Of a stretch of DNA of 64,000 nucleotides, positions 40,013 through 50,064 are shown piece by piece. Source of the DNA: Bacteroidia bacterium (GTDB lineage: Bacteria; Bacteroidota; Bacteroidia; UKL13-3). The translations under genes and the position numbers were made by a program. Below the pieces are notes generated by a model. That model did not search any database. It worked only from the letters and a program-made list of their open reading frames with translations, and was not told the DNA's origin. The stretch spans positions 136,558 to 200,557 of the forward strand of contig JBIIBC010000004.1 in the NCBI GenBank assembly GCA_044239605.1, written 5' to 3'. Position 1 is the first letter of the stretch. The number at the start of each line of letters is the position of its first letter.

Positions 40013-41974
40013 ATGACAGAGACAGTTATACAAACATCAAACTTATTTATGCCAACAATATTAATACCACTGTTGCCGCTAATAGGTTTTATTATCAATG
40101 GTTTATTTGGCAAAAAATTAGGTCATGCTTCGGGTTGGATTGCCACCACCATGCTTTTGGCTTCATTTGCTTGCTCCTTATTTTTGTTTTTTAACCTTCC
40201 TGCAGGTGGTTCAGAAACAGTAGTTTTAAGCAATTGGTTCTACTTTAAAGATATTTTCATTCCATTTGCTTTTTTAATTGATCCATTAACCATTACCATG
40301 CTTTTGGTTGTTACAGGAATAGGAAGTTTAATTCACTTGTATTCAATTGGTTACATGCATGATGATAAAGGCTTCTCAAGATTCTTTACTTACTTAAATT
40401 TATTTGTGTTTTTCATGCTTATTTTAGTAATGGGAAATAACTATTTAATGATGTTTATTGGTTGGGAAGGTGTAGGTTTATGCAGTTATTTATTAATTGG
40501 TTTTTGGTTTAAAAACCAAGCTTATAACGATGCAGCTAAAAAAGCATTTATCATGAATCGCATTGGTGACTTAGGCTTTTTAATTGGTATGTTTATGATG
40601 TTGTTCCATTTTAAAACTTTAAACTACGATCAAGTAGCCATTGGAGCTTTGAATTTAGGAATAGGTAATATTACCATAGTTGGAATAACATTGGCTTTAT
40701 TTATTGGAGCAATGGGTAAATCGGCTCAATTACCATTATATACTTGGTTACCAGATGCAATGGCTGGTCCAACTCCAGTTTCTGCATTGATTCATGCTGC
40801 AACCATGGTTACAGCGGGTATATACATGATAGCTCGTTCTAATATTTTATACTCATTAGCACCTCATACGTTAGATGTAATTTTAATTATAGGAACAGCT
40901 ACCTCAATTTTTGCAGCCATTATTGGTTTATTACAAAACGACATCAAGAAAGTATTGGCTTATTCTACTGTTTCGCAATTAGGTTTAATGTTTGCTGCTT
41001 TAGGAATGGGTGCCTTTGAAAGTGGTATGTTCCATGTTGTTACTCATGCATTTTTTAAAGCATTATTATTCTTAGGAGCAGGTTCTGTTATACATGCATT
41101 AAGTGGAGAGCAAGACATGCGCAGAATGGGAGGTTTAGGAAAATACATAAAAATCACTTTTGCTACCTTCTTAATAGGAACTATTGCTATTTCGGGTATT
41201 CCTCCATTTGCTGGTTTCTTTAGTAAAGACGAAATTTTAGCAACCGCTTTTGAACACAATAAAATTATTTGGGGTTTGTTATCATTTAGCTCTATGCTAA
41301 CTGCATTTTACATGTTCCGCTTATTGTATTTAACTTTCTCTACTTCTTTTAGAGGAACCGATGAGGTAAAACACCATATTCACGAAAGTCCAATGGTAAT
41401 GACTTTACCTTTGATGATTTTAGCAGTTTGCTCAATAGTAGTTGGCTTTATTGGCTTACCTCCAGTGTTAAGCCATACGCATAGTTTTAAAAACTATTTA
41501 TCAAGTGTATTTGCGCAATCAAAAACCATTATGCCTGCTGGCCACGGAATGAGTCATTCTATGGAATGGATTTTAATTGGAACTGCAGTAGGATTGGCTG
41601 TAATAAGTATTGCATTTGCCTATAATAAATATGTGATGCAAAAACAAACCCCAGTTGAAGATGAGCAATTAAGTGGATTAAGTAAAGTGGTAGCTAACAA
41701 ATTTTATGTTGATGAAATTTATAATGCCGTTTTTGTAAAACCAATTATGCTTTTAAGCGATTTGTTCTTGGTAATTATTGATAAATTAATTATTGATTTA
41801 TTGGTACATGCAGTGGCATTTATTACAAGCCAAGTTGGGCGATTATTACGTTTATTCCAAAGTGGCCATGTTGGTTTTTACATGTTTGCTATGGTTATTG
41901 GCATGATTGTATTACTAGTTGCACAAGTTTTCGATGTTTTAGGTTTTTTTGAATCACTTTATACTCATAAATAA
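40013..41974 (+). CDS. nuoL: NADH-quinone oxidoreductase subunit L
   Basis: 653 aa. Proton-pumping antiporter-like subunit with conserved NuoL/ND5 motifs (WLPDAMAGPTPVSALIHAATMVTAG). Confidence 0.85.
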   Translation: MTETVIQTSNLFMPTILIPLLPLIGFIINGLFGKKLGHASGWIATTMLLASFACSLFLFFNLPAGGSETVVLSNWFYFKDIFIPFAFLIDPLTITMLLVVTGIGSLIHLYSIGYMHDDKGFSRFFTYLNLFVFFMLILVMGNNYLMMFIGWEGVGLCSYLLIGFWFKNQAYNDAAKKAFIMNRIGDLGFLIGMFMMLFHFKTLNYDQVAIGALNLGIGNITIVGITLALFIGAMGKSAQLPLYTWLPDAMAGPTPVSALIHAATMVTAGIYMIARSNILYSLAPHTLDVILIIGTATSIFAAIIGLLQNDIKKVLAYSTVSQLGLMFAALGMGAFESGMFHVVTHAFFKALLFLGAGSVIHALSGEQDMRRMGGLGKYIKITFATFLIGTIAISGIPPFAGFFSKDEILATAFEHNKIIWGLLSFSSMLTAFYMFRLLYLTFSTSFRGTDEVKHHIHESPMVMTLPLMILAVCSIVVGFIGLPPVLSHTHSFKNYLSSVFAQSKTIMPAGHGMSHSMEWILIGTAVGLAVISIAFAYNKYVMQKQTPVEDEQLSGLSKVVANKFYVDEIYNAVFVKPIMLLSDLFLVIIDKLIIDLLVHAVAFITSQVGRLLRLFQSGHVGFYMFAMVIGMIVLLVAQVFDVLGFFESLYTHK

Positions 41975-43437
41975 TGTTAACACTTATATTATTACTTATA
42001 CCTTTAGTAGCAAGCATTATTGCTTTATTTTTAAGAGGAGAATTGGTTAAATGGTTTAGTTTAATTGCTACTGTTGTCCAATTAGCATTTACAGTTTATG
42101 TATTTACAGTTTTTAAAGCACCTAATGCACCAGAGGTTACTAATGGCCTTTTATCATTAAATATTGATTGGATTAATTCTCCAAAAATCAATTTCAATAT
42201 TGGTTTAGACGGCATGAGTTTATTGATGGTTATTTTAACCAATTTATTAATGCCTTTAATCGTTTTAGCGGGCTTTAACCGTAATCAAGAGCGTACACAT
42301 ATTATGTACTCATTGATGCTTTTGATGCACTTTGCATTAATTGGTGTTTTTGTGTCGTTTGATGGATTTTTATATTACATTTTTTGGGAGTTAGCATTGA
42401 TTCCGATTTATTTCATTTCATTAAATTGGGGTGGTGTAAATAGAGCAACCGTAACTTTAAAATTCTTTATTTATACCCTAGCAGGTAGTTTATTGATGTT
42501 GTTCGGTTTCTTATTCTTATATTGGAATACTGCAAGCCATAGCTTAAGCTGGATTGATTTAACCATGAACCATATTTGCTCATGTAAACAAGGATTTATT
42601 TTTTGGATGTTTTTTTTAGCTTATGCCATTAAAATTCCAATTATTCCTTTCCATACTTGGCAGCCAGACACTTATAGCTCAGCTCCAACTCAAGGTACTA
42701 TGCTACTTTCAGGTATCATGCTAAAAATGGGTTTATACAGTTTATTACGTTGGTTATTGCCCATTCTTCCAATGGGAACTGCTGAATATACTCCTTACGT
42801 TATTGCTATGTGTTTTATTGGGGTGGTTTACGCTTCGGTAATTGCCATTATGCAAACCGACTTAAAGAAACTATTTGCTTACTCATCAATTGCTCACGTT
42901 GGACTTATAGCTGCAGGTATTTTTGCTTTAAATGTGCAAGGAATCCAAGGTGGATTGGTTCAAATGTTAGCGCATGGTATTAATGTAGTTGGTGTATTTT
43001 ATTGCGCTGATATTATTATTAACAGAACAGGAAGTTCAGATATTAATACTTTAGGAGGTATTCGTGTATTATCACCTCGATTTGCTACTTATTTTCTTAT
43101 AATAGTTTTAGGTTCAGTAGCTTTACCTTTAACCAATAGTTTTATAGGTGAGTTTATGCTTTTGTTAGGTTTATTTGAATACAACAGTTGGGCTGCTTTA
43201 TTTGCAGGTTTAACAGTTATTTTAGGTGCAGTTTATATGTTACGCATGTATCAAAAAGTAATGTTAGGCGATGTAAACGAAAACGTAACTGTTTTTGAAG
43301 ATTTAAAGTGGAACGAAGAGTTAGTGTTAGCTACCATTGCCATTTTAATTTTTGCATTTGGAATTTTCCCTAAACCTATATTAGAATTAGTTGCACCTAT
43401 TTCGGAGCAAATTTTTAAACTTAGTTTTGTTAAATAA
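41974..43437 (+). CDS. nuoM: NADH-quinone oxidoreductase subunit M
   Basis: 487 aa with a NuoM/ND4 pattern (FHTWQPDTYSSAPTQGTMLLSGIMLKMGLY). Its start overlaps the nuoL stop. Confidence 0.85.
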   Translation: MLTLILLLIPLVASIIALFLRGELVKWFSLIATVVQLAFTVYVFTVFKAPNAPEVTNGLLSLNIDWINSPKINFNIGLDGMSLLMVILTNLLMPLIVLAGFNRNQERTHIMYSLMLLMHFALIGVFVSFDGFLYYIFWELALIPIYFISLNWGGVNRATVTLKFFIYTLAGSLLMLFGFLFLYWNTASHSLSWIDLTMNHICSCKQGFIFWMFFLAYAIKIPIIPFHTWQPDTYSSAPTQGTMLLSGIMLKMGLYSLLRWLLPILPMGTAEYTPYVIAMCFIGVVYASVIAIMQTDLKKLFAYSSIAHVGLIAAGIFALNVQGIQGGLVQMLAHGINVVGVFYCADIIINRTGSSDINTLGGIRVLSPRFATYFLIIVLGSVALPLTNSFIGEFMLLLGLFEYNSWAALFAGLTVILGAVYMLRMYQKVMLGDVNENVTVFEDLKWNEELVLATIAILIFAFGIFPKPILELVAPISEQIFKLSFVK

Positions 43438-43465
43438 TTTTACATTTTAAATATACCATTCATTA

Positions 43466-44848
43466 ATGAATACTTTAATATATACAGCTTGTTTAGGATT
43501 ATTTGGCTTACTGGCCGAAATATTTAATTTACGTAAATATTTAATTCCAATTTTAGTATTGGGTTTAGCTGTTATTTTTAGCTTGAACTTACAAACTTGG
43601 AACAATCCGCAAACACATTTTAACGGCATGTTGAGCGATAGCAATTTTTCAACTGCATTTAGCGGTTTGGCATTGTTTATCATGCTAATTATTTTAATTC
43701 TCTCTGGCGATTTTTATACCAGCACCGATGATGAAAAACACATCAGTGATTATATGGCCATTTTAATGTTTACACTTTGTGGCGCATTAATGATGTTTAG
43801 TTTTTCAAACATGGCCATGTTGTTTTTAGGTATTGAAACTTTATCTATTTCACTATATGTTATGGCGGGAAGCCGCAGGTTTGAAGTAAAATCAAACGAA
43901 GCAGGTTTCAAATACTTTTTAATGGGTTCATTTGCCAGTGCATTTTTATTATTTGGAATAGCTTTGGTATTTGGTGTAACAGGTACTTTTAGTATTGATG
44001 GAATTGGTAACTATATGCGCATGCATGCCGATAAATTAGATCCATTATTTATTGTTGGTATGTTACTAATGATATTTGCTATGCTGTTTAAAGTTTCTGC
44101 TGCTCCTTTTCACTTTTGGGCTCCAGATGTATATGAAGGTGCGCCAAGTTTAATTACTGCATTAATGAGTACATTGGTTAAAATAGCTGCTTTTGCTGCA
44201 TTTTACCGTTTGTTATCATCATGTTTTGTATTTGCTTTAGGTAAAGCCGAAATAATTTTAACCATTTCTTGTGCTGCTACTTTATTGTTAGGAAACTTGG
44301 TAGCGTTGGTTCAAGACAATTTTAAACGTCTTTTAGCTTATTCTGGTATTAGTCATGCTGGTTATATGATGTTAGCCATTATTAGTATTCAAGGAAGTAC
44401 CGATAGTGCGTTGTTTCTATACTCAGTAGGTTATGCAGTGGCAAGTTTAGCTGCTTTTGCAATTGCCATTACAGTATTTAAATCAACAGGAACTGAGAGT
44501 ATCAGTGGTTTTAATGGTTTGGCCAAAAAGAATCCTTTATTGGCGGCAAGTTTAACCATGGCTATGTTAAGTTTAGCTGGTATTCCTCCATTTGCAGGCT
44601 TTTTTGGTAAGTACTTTATATTTAGCGAAGCATTTAGAAATGGATGGCAAAATATGGTTTTTGTAGCCATTATCAGTTCAATTATTGGTGTGTTTTATTA
44701 TATGAAAGTAATTGTAGCCATGTATAGTAAACCAGCTAACGAGTTTGAAATTAAACCAACTTTTGCTTATCAAATGGTAATAGCTGTTTGTTTAATTATA
44801 AGTCTAGTTCTAGGTCTATATCCTGGAATGTTTACTAAGTTATTATAA
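43466..44848 (+). CDS. nuoN: NADH-quinone oxidoreductase subunit N
   Basis: 460 aa with a NuoN/ND2 pattern (…APFHFWAPDVYEGAP…). It is the last gene of the nuo block. Confidence 0.8.
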   Translation: MNTLIYTACLGLFGLLAEIFNLRKYLIPILVLGLAVIFSLNLQTWNNPQTHFNGMLSDSNFSTAFSGLALFIMLIILILSGDFYTSTDDEKHISDYMAILMFTLCGALMMFSFSNMAMLFLGIETLSISLYVMAGSRRFEVKSNEAGFKYFLMGSFASAFLLFGIALVFGVTGTFSIDGIGNYMRMHADKLDPLFIVGMLLMIFAMLFKVSAAPFHFWAPDVYEGAPSLITALMSTLVKIAAFAAFYRLLSSCFVFALGKAEIILTISCAATLLLGNLVALVQDNFKRLLAYSGISHAGYMMLAIISIQGSTDSALFLYSVGYAVASLAAFAIAITVFKSTGTESISGFNGLAKKNPLLAASLTMAMLSLAGIPPFAGFFGKYFIFSEAFRNGWQNMVFVAIISSIIGVFYYMKVIVAMYSKPANEFEIKPTFAYQMVIAVCLIISLVLGLYPGMFTKLL

Positions 44849-44868
44849 AATTTTTTAACAATAAACTA

Positions 44869-44900
44869 AAAGCCAAATGTGAAAACGTTTGGCTTTTTTT
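44869..44900 (+). terminator. Rho-independent terminator after nuoN
   Basis: Hairpin agccaaa-tgtgaaaacg-tttggct followed by an 8-T run. Confidence 0.5.
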
Positions 44901-44918
44901 ATTAATATTGTTAATTAA

Positions 44919-45143
44919 GTGCAAATGAAAAAAATATTTACCTACTTTATAGCTATGATAAGCATCAACATTCTGATTTATATATTAGTAAGGTTTTTAG
45001 TAGGCAATAATGTAATTTTAAATCCCGGTTGGCATACTACTATTTATCCTCCCGAAACAGTTGCAGTAATTATCACTTTATTGTTTCCATTTTTTAGTTT
45101 ACTTGTTTATGCTTTATTTAAATGGATTAATAAGGTTTTTTAG
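44919..45143 (+). CDS. Possible small hydrophobic protein, of uncertain reality
   Basis: 74-aa ORF with two hydrophobic helices. It is downstream of the nuoN terminator and has no further support. Confidence 0.25.
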   Translation: MQMKKIFTYFIAMISINILIYILVRFLVGNNVILNPGWHTTIYPPETVAVIITLLFPFFSLLVYALFKWINKVF

Positions 45144-45407
45144 CCGGCATTTTTTATAATTTTAAATTATTCTCCTATAGCTATTGAAATTGTTATTTGT
45201 TATGAGATAAGATTAAATGCTAGGCCATTTAGTTTGTTGCTGATATACATTGTCTCTTTTTTTTATTATGCAATGCCACGCACTTTAGGGCGTGGAATAA
45301 ATAAACACCCTTTGGCTTTAGCAAAAAAATGTATTTGAAAAAGGAATCTGGCTTTTTTGTTTAGTATATAAATTCCGAAAAAGGGTTTTATATTTCTTAA
45401 TTATAAC

Positions 45408-46454
45408 TTATTTTGGTCTGTACACACTTTCTTTTAGTATTTCGTCCCAATTGTTATTATTCATTACTTCCTCCAACGATGCACCTGTTTTATCGGCATA
45501 GTTTTCAATTATTTTATAACCACAATATACACCTAACATAGGAGCGCTTTCCTGCGGAATACCCTCTGCTGAGGTAAAAGGAGCATCTGTCAACAATCGC
45601 ATATAATCATTTGGGTTTTTGTTGTACAATAATTTTTTATCGATAACAAAACTCCAAATTTGTCCTTCACTTTCGTTACACCAATCCATTTGAGTTTTTG
45701 TATAACCAAACACCAGTGTATCGGCTAATTCAGGCATCAACTTTTTAACGAAATACCTAACCTTTCCTTCAAAAAGCATGTAAGCTAAAAAGCGTTTATC
45801 TTTTAGTTGCGTGTCAAAATTAGAAATGGCCATTGCTTTTAATGTATTAGGAAGAATATAATCTCTGGTCATTTTTTTACGCATAAACTCAGGAAATTCG
45901 GCCGGATAATAAGGGTAATCTTTCCCTAAATACATATCTAAACCAATTCCAATAATGCTATCGTAAGCGCAATGAGCTTCGGTAAATTCTGATAAATAAG
46001 TTACAAATTGAGGCACTTTAGCCTTGGGAAATTCAGTTTTATACCTAGCCATAGCTACCGAAATACCATCTTCTAGGTCATTTAAATTAGGATAAAGACT
46101 ATCAATTTCGTGTTTTAACATTTGGATACTTGGGTATTTTACAAAACCAGTAAGCGCTTGGGCGTAATATGGATCTTTGGTTTCAGGTAAAATACTTAAG
46201 GTGTTTTCGCAAAAGCCAAAGTAAAACTCATTGTATTTTTTTGCTAAATTACTAAAATGAGTTTCTGTAATATGAACTGTATCAATTGGAATTAAATCTT
46301 GCTCAAATCGTTTTATGGTAATGTGTTCTACATCTTTAGCTTGGGTTGAAATAGTTGAATTATTACCGCAAGCAGCTAAAAAACAAATACTTAAACCGGC
46401 TAAAAAAATCTTACTATTTTTATTAAAACTATCAATAAATTGCAATGCTTTCAT
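45408..46454 (-). CDS. gldB: Gliding-motility lipoprotein GldB
   Basis: 348 aa. Lipoprotein signal (LAGLSICFLAACG). C-terminal half (…TQMDWCNESEGQIWSFVIDKKLLYNKNP…LTDAPFTSAEGIPQESAPMLGVYCGYKII…) matches my recollection of Flavobacterium GldB (WCNE…W…FIEKELLY…PAPFSKF…G…IGWQIV). Confidence 0.6.
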   Translation of the reverse strand: MKALQFIDSFNKNSKIFLAGLSICFLAACGNNSTISTQAKDVEHITIKRFEQDLIPIDTVHITETHFSNLAKKYNEFYFGFCENTLSILPETKDPYYAQALTGFVKYPSIQMLKHEIDSLYPNLNDLEDGISVAMARYKTEFPKAKVPQFVTYLSEFTEAHCAYDSIIGIGLDMYLGKDYPYYPAEFPEFMRKKMTRDYILPNTLKAMAISNFDTQLKDKRFLAYMLFEGKVRYFVKKLMPELADTLVFGYTKTQMDWCNESEGQIWSFVIDKKLLYNKNPNDYMRLLTDAPFTSAEGIPQESAPMLGVYCGYKIIENYADKTGASLEEVMNNNNWDEILKESVYRPK

Positions 46455-46466
46455 GGCAACAAAAAT

Positions 46467-47210
46467 ATGAGAATAAAAAACATTTTAGCCGTAATTATTT
46501 GTAGTTTTATTTTGAATAAAACAAATGCGCAAGTTAGCGATGAATCAAGGTATGAATTTGGTTTACGTATTGCTCCGCAAATAAGTTGGAGTAGCCCTGA
46601 TAGTAAAAGTTTAGAAAACGGTGGCGGTAGCCTAGATTGGAATTATGGATTTCATGTGGCTAAAAAATTTACAAGCAGGTATGCCATAGCTTTTGAGGTA
46701 AATGTGATTAATATGACTTCAAAAATTAAGTTTACTGATTCATTAGCCATTTACAGCGATAAATTAAGTGGAGCTAAAACCAATGATTTGGCAATTAATT
46801 ACAACTTACGTTATGTGCAAGTACCAATTATTTTTAAAATGTATACTGATGAATTTAAGAATAAATGGCGTGTTTACGGTGAATTTGGCGTTGGTTTAGG
46901 TTTTTTAGTTCGCAGCAAAGCTGATGTAAACTCATCTGTTTTAAATTTATCCAATGTGGATTTAGATAATCCCGATAAAGTGGATGAGTTTTTTATCAAT
47001 CAAAGTACCTTTAGCAAAAATTACAGTACTAAAGTAAACTTTTTACGTCCATCATTTATAATTGGCGGTGGTGTTTTATACGATTTATTTGGACAAACCA
47101 AAGCTTATGCTGGCTTAAGATATGATGGAGGTTTAGTTGATTATATGGATGCTGATAAATGGATAGCTAATAACAGTTTTACGTCATTAAATCTTGGAAT
47201 AATTTTTTAA
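46467..47210 (+). CDS. Outer-membrane beta-barrel protein, porin-like
   Basis: Signal peptide (MRIKNILAVIICSFILNKTNAQ). Alternating amphipathic beta-strands and a C-terminal aromatic residue (…LGIIF). Start trimmed relative to track ORF 46440 so it does not overlap gldB. Confidence 0.55.
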   Translation: MRIKNILAVIICSFILNKTNAQVSDESRYEFGLRIAPQISWSSPDSKSLENGGGSLDWNYGFHVAKKFTSRYAIAFEVNVINMTSKIKFTDSLAIYSDKLSGAKTNDLAINYNLRYVQVPIIFKMYTDEFKNKWRVYGEFGVGLGFLVRSKADVNSSVLNLSNVDLDNPDKVDEFFINQSTFSKNYSTKVNFLRPSFIIGGGVLYDLFGQTKAYAGLRYDGGLVDYMDADKWIANNSFTSLNLGIIF

Positions 47211-47259
47211 ATCAATCATTGTTTTGATTGGTTATTGCTAAAAGCAAATTATACTTATT

Positions 47260-48903
47260 TTGAAAATTACACTTGCACAATTGAATTACCATACAGGTAA
47301 TTTTGAATTGAATACTCAAAAAATATTAGATGCTATTAACAAGGCTAAATTAGAAAATGCCGATTTAGTGGTTTTTTCTGAATTATCAGTTTGTGGTTAT
47401 CCTCCTCGCGATTTTTTAGAGTTTAATGATTTCATAAATTTATGTACAGAAAGTGTTCAGTTAATTGCTAAACAATGTGTTGGAATAGCTGCCATTGTTG
47501 GTGCTCCCACTGTTAACCCAAAAGTTGAAGGAAAAGATTTATATAATTCAGCCTACTTTTTAGCAGATGGAAAAGTGCAACAAATTATTCATAAAACATT
47601 ATTACCTAATTATGATGTGTTTGATGAATACCGATATTTTGAACCTAACAGAACCTTTGAAATAGTAAATTATAAAGGGAAAAAATTAGCGGTAACTATT
47701 TGTGAAGATTTATGGAATTTGAGTGAAAATCCTATGTATATCAACTCACCAATGGATGAATTGATAAAACAAAATCCTGATTGCATTATCAATATTGCGG
47801 CTTCACCTTACAGTAAAGTTCAAATAAATACAAGGCTAAATGTTTTAAAAAACAATGCTGTAAAATATAATTTACCATTGCTTTATGTAAATCATATTGG
47901 AGCGCAAACTCAATTAATTTTTGATGGTGGAAGTTGTGTTTTAAATAGTAATGGCAAGCTTATTAAGCAATTGAGACATTTTGAGGAAGATGTAATTTAT
48001 GTTGATTTAAATGAATTGAATACTCAAAGCTCGATTACCGAAATACCTCAAACCACTCAAATCAATTACCAAGATATTGAGCAGGCTTTGGTATTAGGCA
48101 TTAAAGAATATTTTAGAAAACAAGGATTTAGTAAAGCTATTTTAGGCCTTTCTGGTGGTGTTGATTCGGCTTTGGTAGTATGCTTAGCAGCTAAGGCTTT
48201 AGGAGCTGAAAATGTAATGGCAGTTATGCTTCCTTCGCAATATAGCAGCGATCACTCTGTTTCCGATTCGCAAAAACTGGTTGAAAATTTAGGTGTAATA
48301 AGCGATTTAATTTCCATTGAAAATACTTTTACAGCATTACAACAAACATTAAGCAAGCAGTTTGAAAATACTGAATTTAATATTGCAGAAGAAAATATGC
48401 AAAGCCGCAGCCGAGCTGTTATTTTAATGGCTTTGGCCAATAAATTTGGTTATATTTTATTAAACACATCCAATAAAAGTGAGCTAGCTGTAGGTTATGG
48501 AACATTGTATGGCGATATGTGTGGTGGTATTTCAGTTATTGGCGATTTGTATAAAACGGAGGTATATGCACTTTGTGAATATATAAACCGAAATGAAGAA
48601 ATTATACCTAAAAATATACTCACCAAAGCTCCAAGTGCCGAGTTAAGACCAAATCAAAAAGACAGCGATTCATTGCCTGATTACGAAGTATTGGATGCTA
48701 TTTTGAACCATTATATTGAAGAACGAAAAGGGCCAAATGAAATTATAGCTTTAGGATTTAGTGAAGAATTGGTAAAACGTACTTTAAAAATGGTAAATAA
48801 TAACGAGTGGAAACGCTTGCAAGCGCCACCAGTTTTAAGGGTTTCATCTAAATCATTCGGCCCAGGACGCAGAATGCCTTTGGTAGCAAAGTATCTTGGC
48901 TAA
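47260..48903 (+). CDS. nadE: Glutamine-dependent NAD+ synthetase
   Basis: 547 aa. N-terminal CN-hydrolase domain (KITLAQLNYHTGNFELN…ELSVCGYPP…ICEDLW). C-terminal NAD synthetase domain with a PP-loop (LGLSGGVDSA). Confidence 0.85.
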   Translation: MKITLAQLNYHTGNFELNTQKILDAINKAKLENADLVVFSELSVCGYPPRDFLEFNDFINLCTESVQLIAKQCVGIAAIVGAPTVNPKVEGKDLYNSAYFLADGKVQQIIHKTLLPNYDVFDEYRYFEPNRTFEIVNYKGKKLAVTICEDLWNLSENPMYINSPMDELIKQNPDCIINIAASPYSKVQINTRLNVLKNNAVKYNLPLLYVNHIGAQTQLIFDGGSCVLNSNGKLIKQLRHFEEDVIYVDLNELNTQSSITEIPQTTQINYQDIEQALVLGIKEYFRKQGFSKAILGLSGGVDSALVVCLAAKALGAENVMAVMLPSQYSSDHSVSDSQKLVENLGVISDLISIENTFTALQQTLSKQFENTEFNIAEENMQSRSRAVILMALANKFGYILLNTSNKSELAVGYGTLYGDMCGGISVIGDLYKTEVYALCEYINRNEEIIPKNILTKAPSAELRPNQKDSDSLPDYEVLDAILNHYIEERKGPNEIIALGFSEELVKRTLKMVNNNEWKRLQAPPVLRVSSKSFGPGRRMPLVAKYLG

Positions 48904-48951
48904 ATCCGAAAAAATAAATTCTAATTTCTAAATAATTTTTTCGAATTTAAT

Positions 48952-49308
48952 TTAAGCACTATGCAGAAATACTTCAGCTGGAATGCTAAAAAAGTCCTTT
49001 AGTTTTTGAGCTGTTTTAAGTGTTATTTCTCGTTTTCCAGAAAGAACAGATGAAACATGACCTTTACTACCAATAATAGGCTCTAAATCTTTAGCTTTTA
49101 TGCCCATTTCTTGCATTTTATATTTTATAACATCTAAAGCATTTAGTTCAGGTAACTTATAGTGCTTATCGTCATAATCTTTTACTAAAACCATTAGCAA
49201 ATCTAATTCATCGTATTCTGGTGAATTAGGTGCTGCATGAAAAATTTCCATTAATCTGATAGAAGCTTTTTCGTAATCTTCTTCGGTTTTTATTACTTTC
49301 CAATTCAT
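48952..49308 (-). CDS. higA: HigA-type antitoxin (XRE-family HTH)
   Basis: 118 aa. C-terminal HTH (…MQEMGIKAKDLEPIIGSKGHVSSVLSGKREITLKTAQKL). It lies 4 nt downstream of the HigB-like gene. Confidence 0.6.
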   Translation of the reverse strand: MNWKVIKTEEDYEKASIRLMEIFHAAPNSPEYDELDLLMVLVKDYDDKHYKLPELNALDVIKYKMQEMGIKAKDLEPIIGSKGHVSSVLSGKREITLKTAQKLKDFFSIPAEVFLHSA

Positions 49309-49312
49309 ATTG

Positions 49313-49636
49313 TTATTTATTACTTAATATTTTTGTGTCAAATGCAATAGTTTCAACGTTGATTTTATTATATTCCTTATGGGTTCCGAACCATATTACA
49401 TAACATGCATCTTGTATAAAATTAGTTGAAACTATTAATCTAAATTCGTTTCCTTTTATATTGAAAATTACCCTGTTATTGTTAACAATACTAGCATTTC
49501 CATAAACTTTTTTTAGTTCATTAAAATTATTGAATTTTTGTTTTGAAAACTCCGTGTACCATATTAATAATTGCGTTTCTGCAAGTGGATATTTTTTGAT
49601 ATAATACAAAATCGTTTTCTTTACAAGGATTTTCAT
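49313..49636 (-). CDS. higB: HigB-family type II toxin (RelE/ParE fold)
   Basis: Matches the HigB_toxin pattern (KK.L..F.KK.P…L..W…K….N..ELK.VY.NASIVNNNRVIFNIKGNEFRLIV…IWFGTHKEYNKI). Start taken at MKILVKK, 2 codons inside the track ORF. Confidence 0.65.
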   Translation of the reverse strand: MKILVKKTILYYIKKYPLAETQLLIWYTEFSKQKFNNFNELKKVYGNASIVNNNRVIFNIKGNEFRLIVSTNFIQDACYVIWFGTHKEYNKINVETIAFDTKILSNK

Positions 49637-49804
49637 ACACAAATTTAGTAAAAGTTTTCATTTTGCAAACTTCTTGTTTTTAAATTGTGATCATTCCAAA
49701 CTTATTTTAACCATTCAAAACAAAAATCATGGTTGTGATAACCTTTATTACAAAGCAAAAAAGCTACTTTTGAAGCCATTAAACTCACTCAAAATACTCA
49801 AAAA

Positions 49805-50014
49805 ATGGAAGTTAAAGACAGCAATGGAACATTATTAGCCGAAGGAGATTCAGTTACAATCATTAAAGATTTAAAAGTAAAAGGCTCTTCATCGGTTATT
49901 AAACGTGGTACAGTAGTTAAAAATATTCGTTTAACAGATGATCCAAATGAAGTAGAAGGCAAAGTTGAAAAATCGATGATGGTTTTAAAAGCTGAATTTT
50001 TAAAGAAAGCTTAA
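49805..50014 (+). CDS. PhnA/YjdC C-terminal-domain mini-protein
   Basis: 69 aa. The sequence (VKDSNGTLLAEGDSVTIIKDLKVKGSSSVIKRGTVVKNIRLTD…GKVEKSMMVLKAEFLKKA) closely follows the conserved PhnA C-terminal domain. The N-terminal zinc ribbon is absent. Confidence 0.55.
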   Translation: MEVKDSNGTLLAEGDSVTIIKDLKVKGSSSVIKRGTVVKNIRLTDDPNEVEGKVEKSMMVLKAEFLKKA

Positions 50015-50064
50015 TTTTATTTTTAGGATTAAATTAAGAGTTGCATATAATACATTTGTAATAC

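Noticed and set aside
45305-45320. Extra copy of the GCTAAAGCC core (as tttggctttagcaaa) possibly related to the 17.1-kb palindrome cluster
   Set aside because: Only an 11-nt match in low-complexity AT-rich DNA, with arms that do not form the same palindrome. Probably coincidental.
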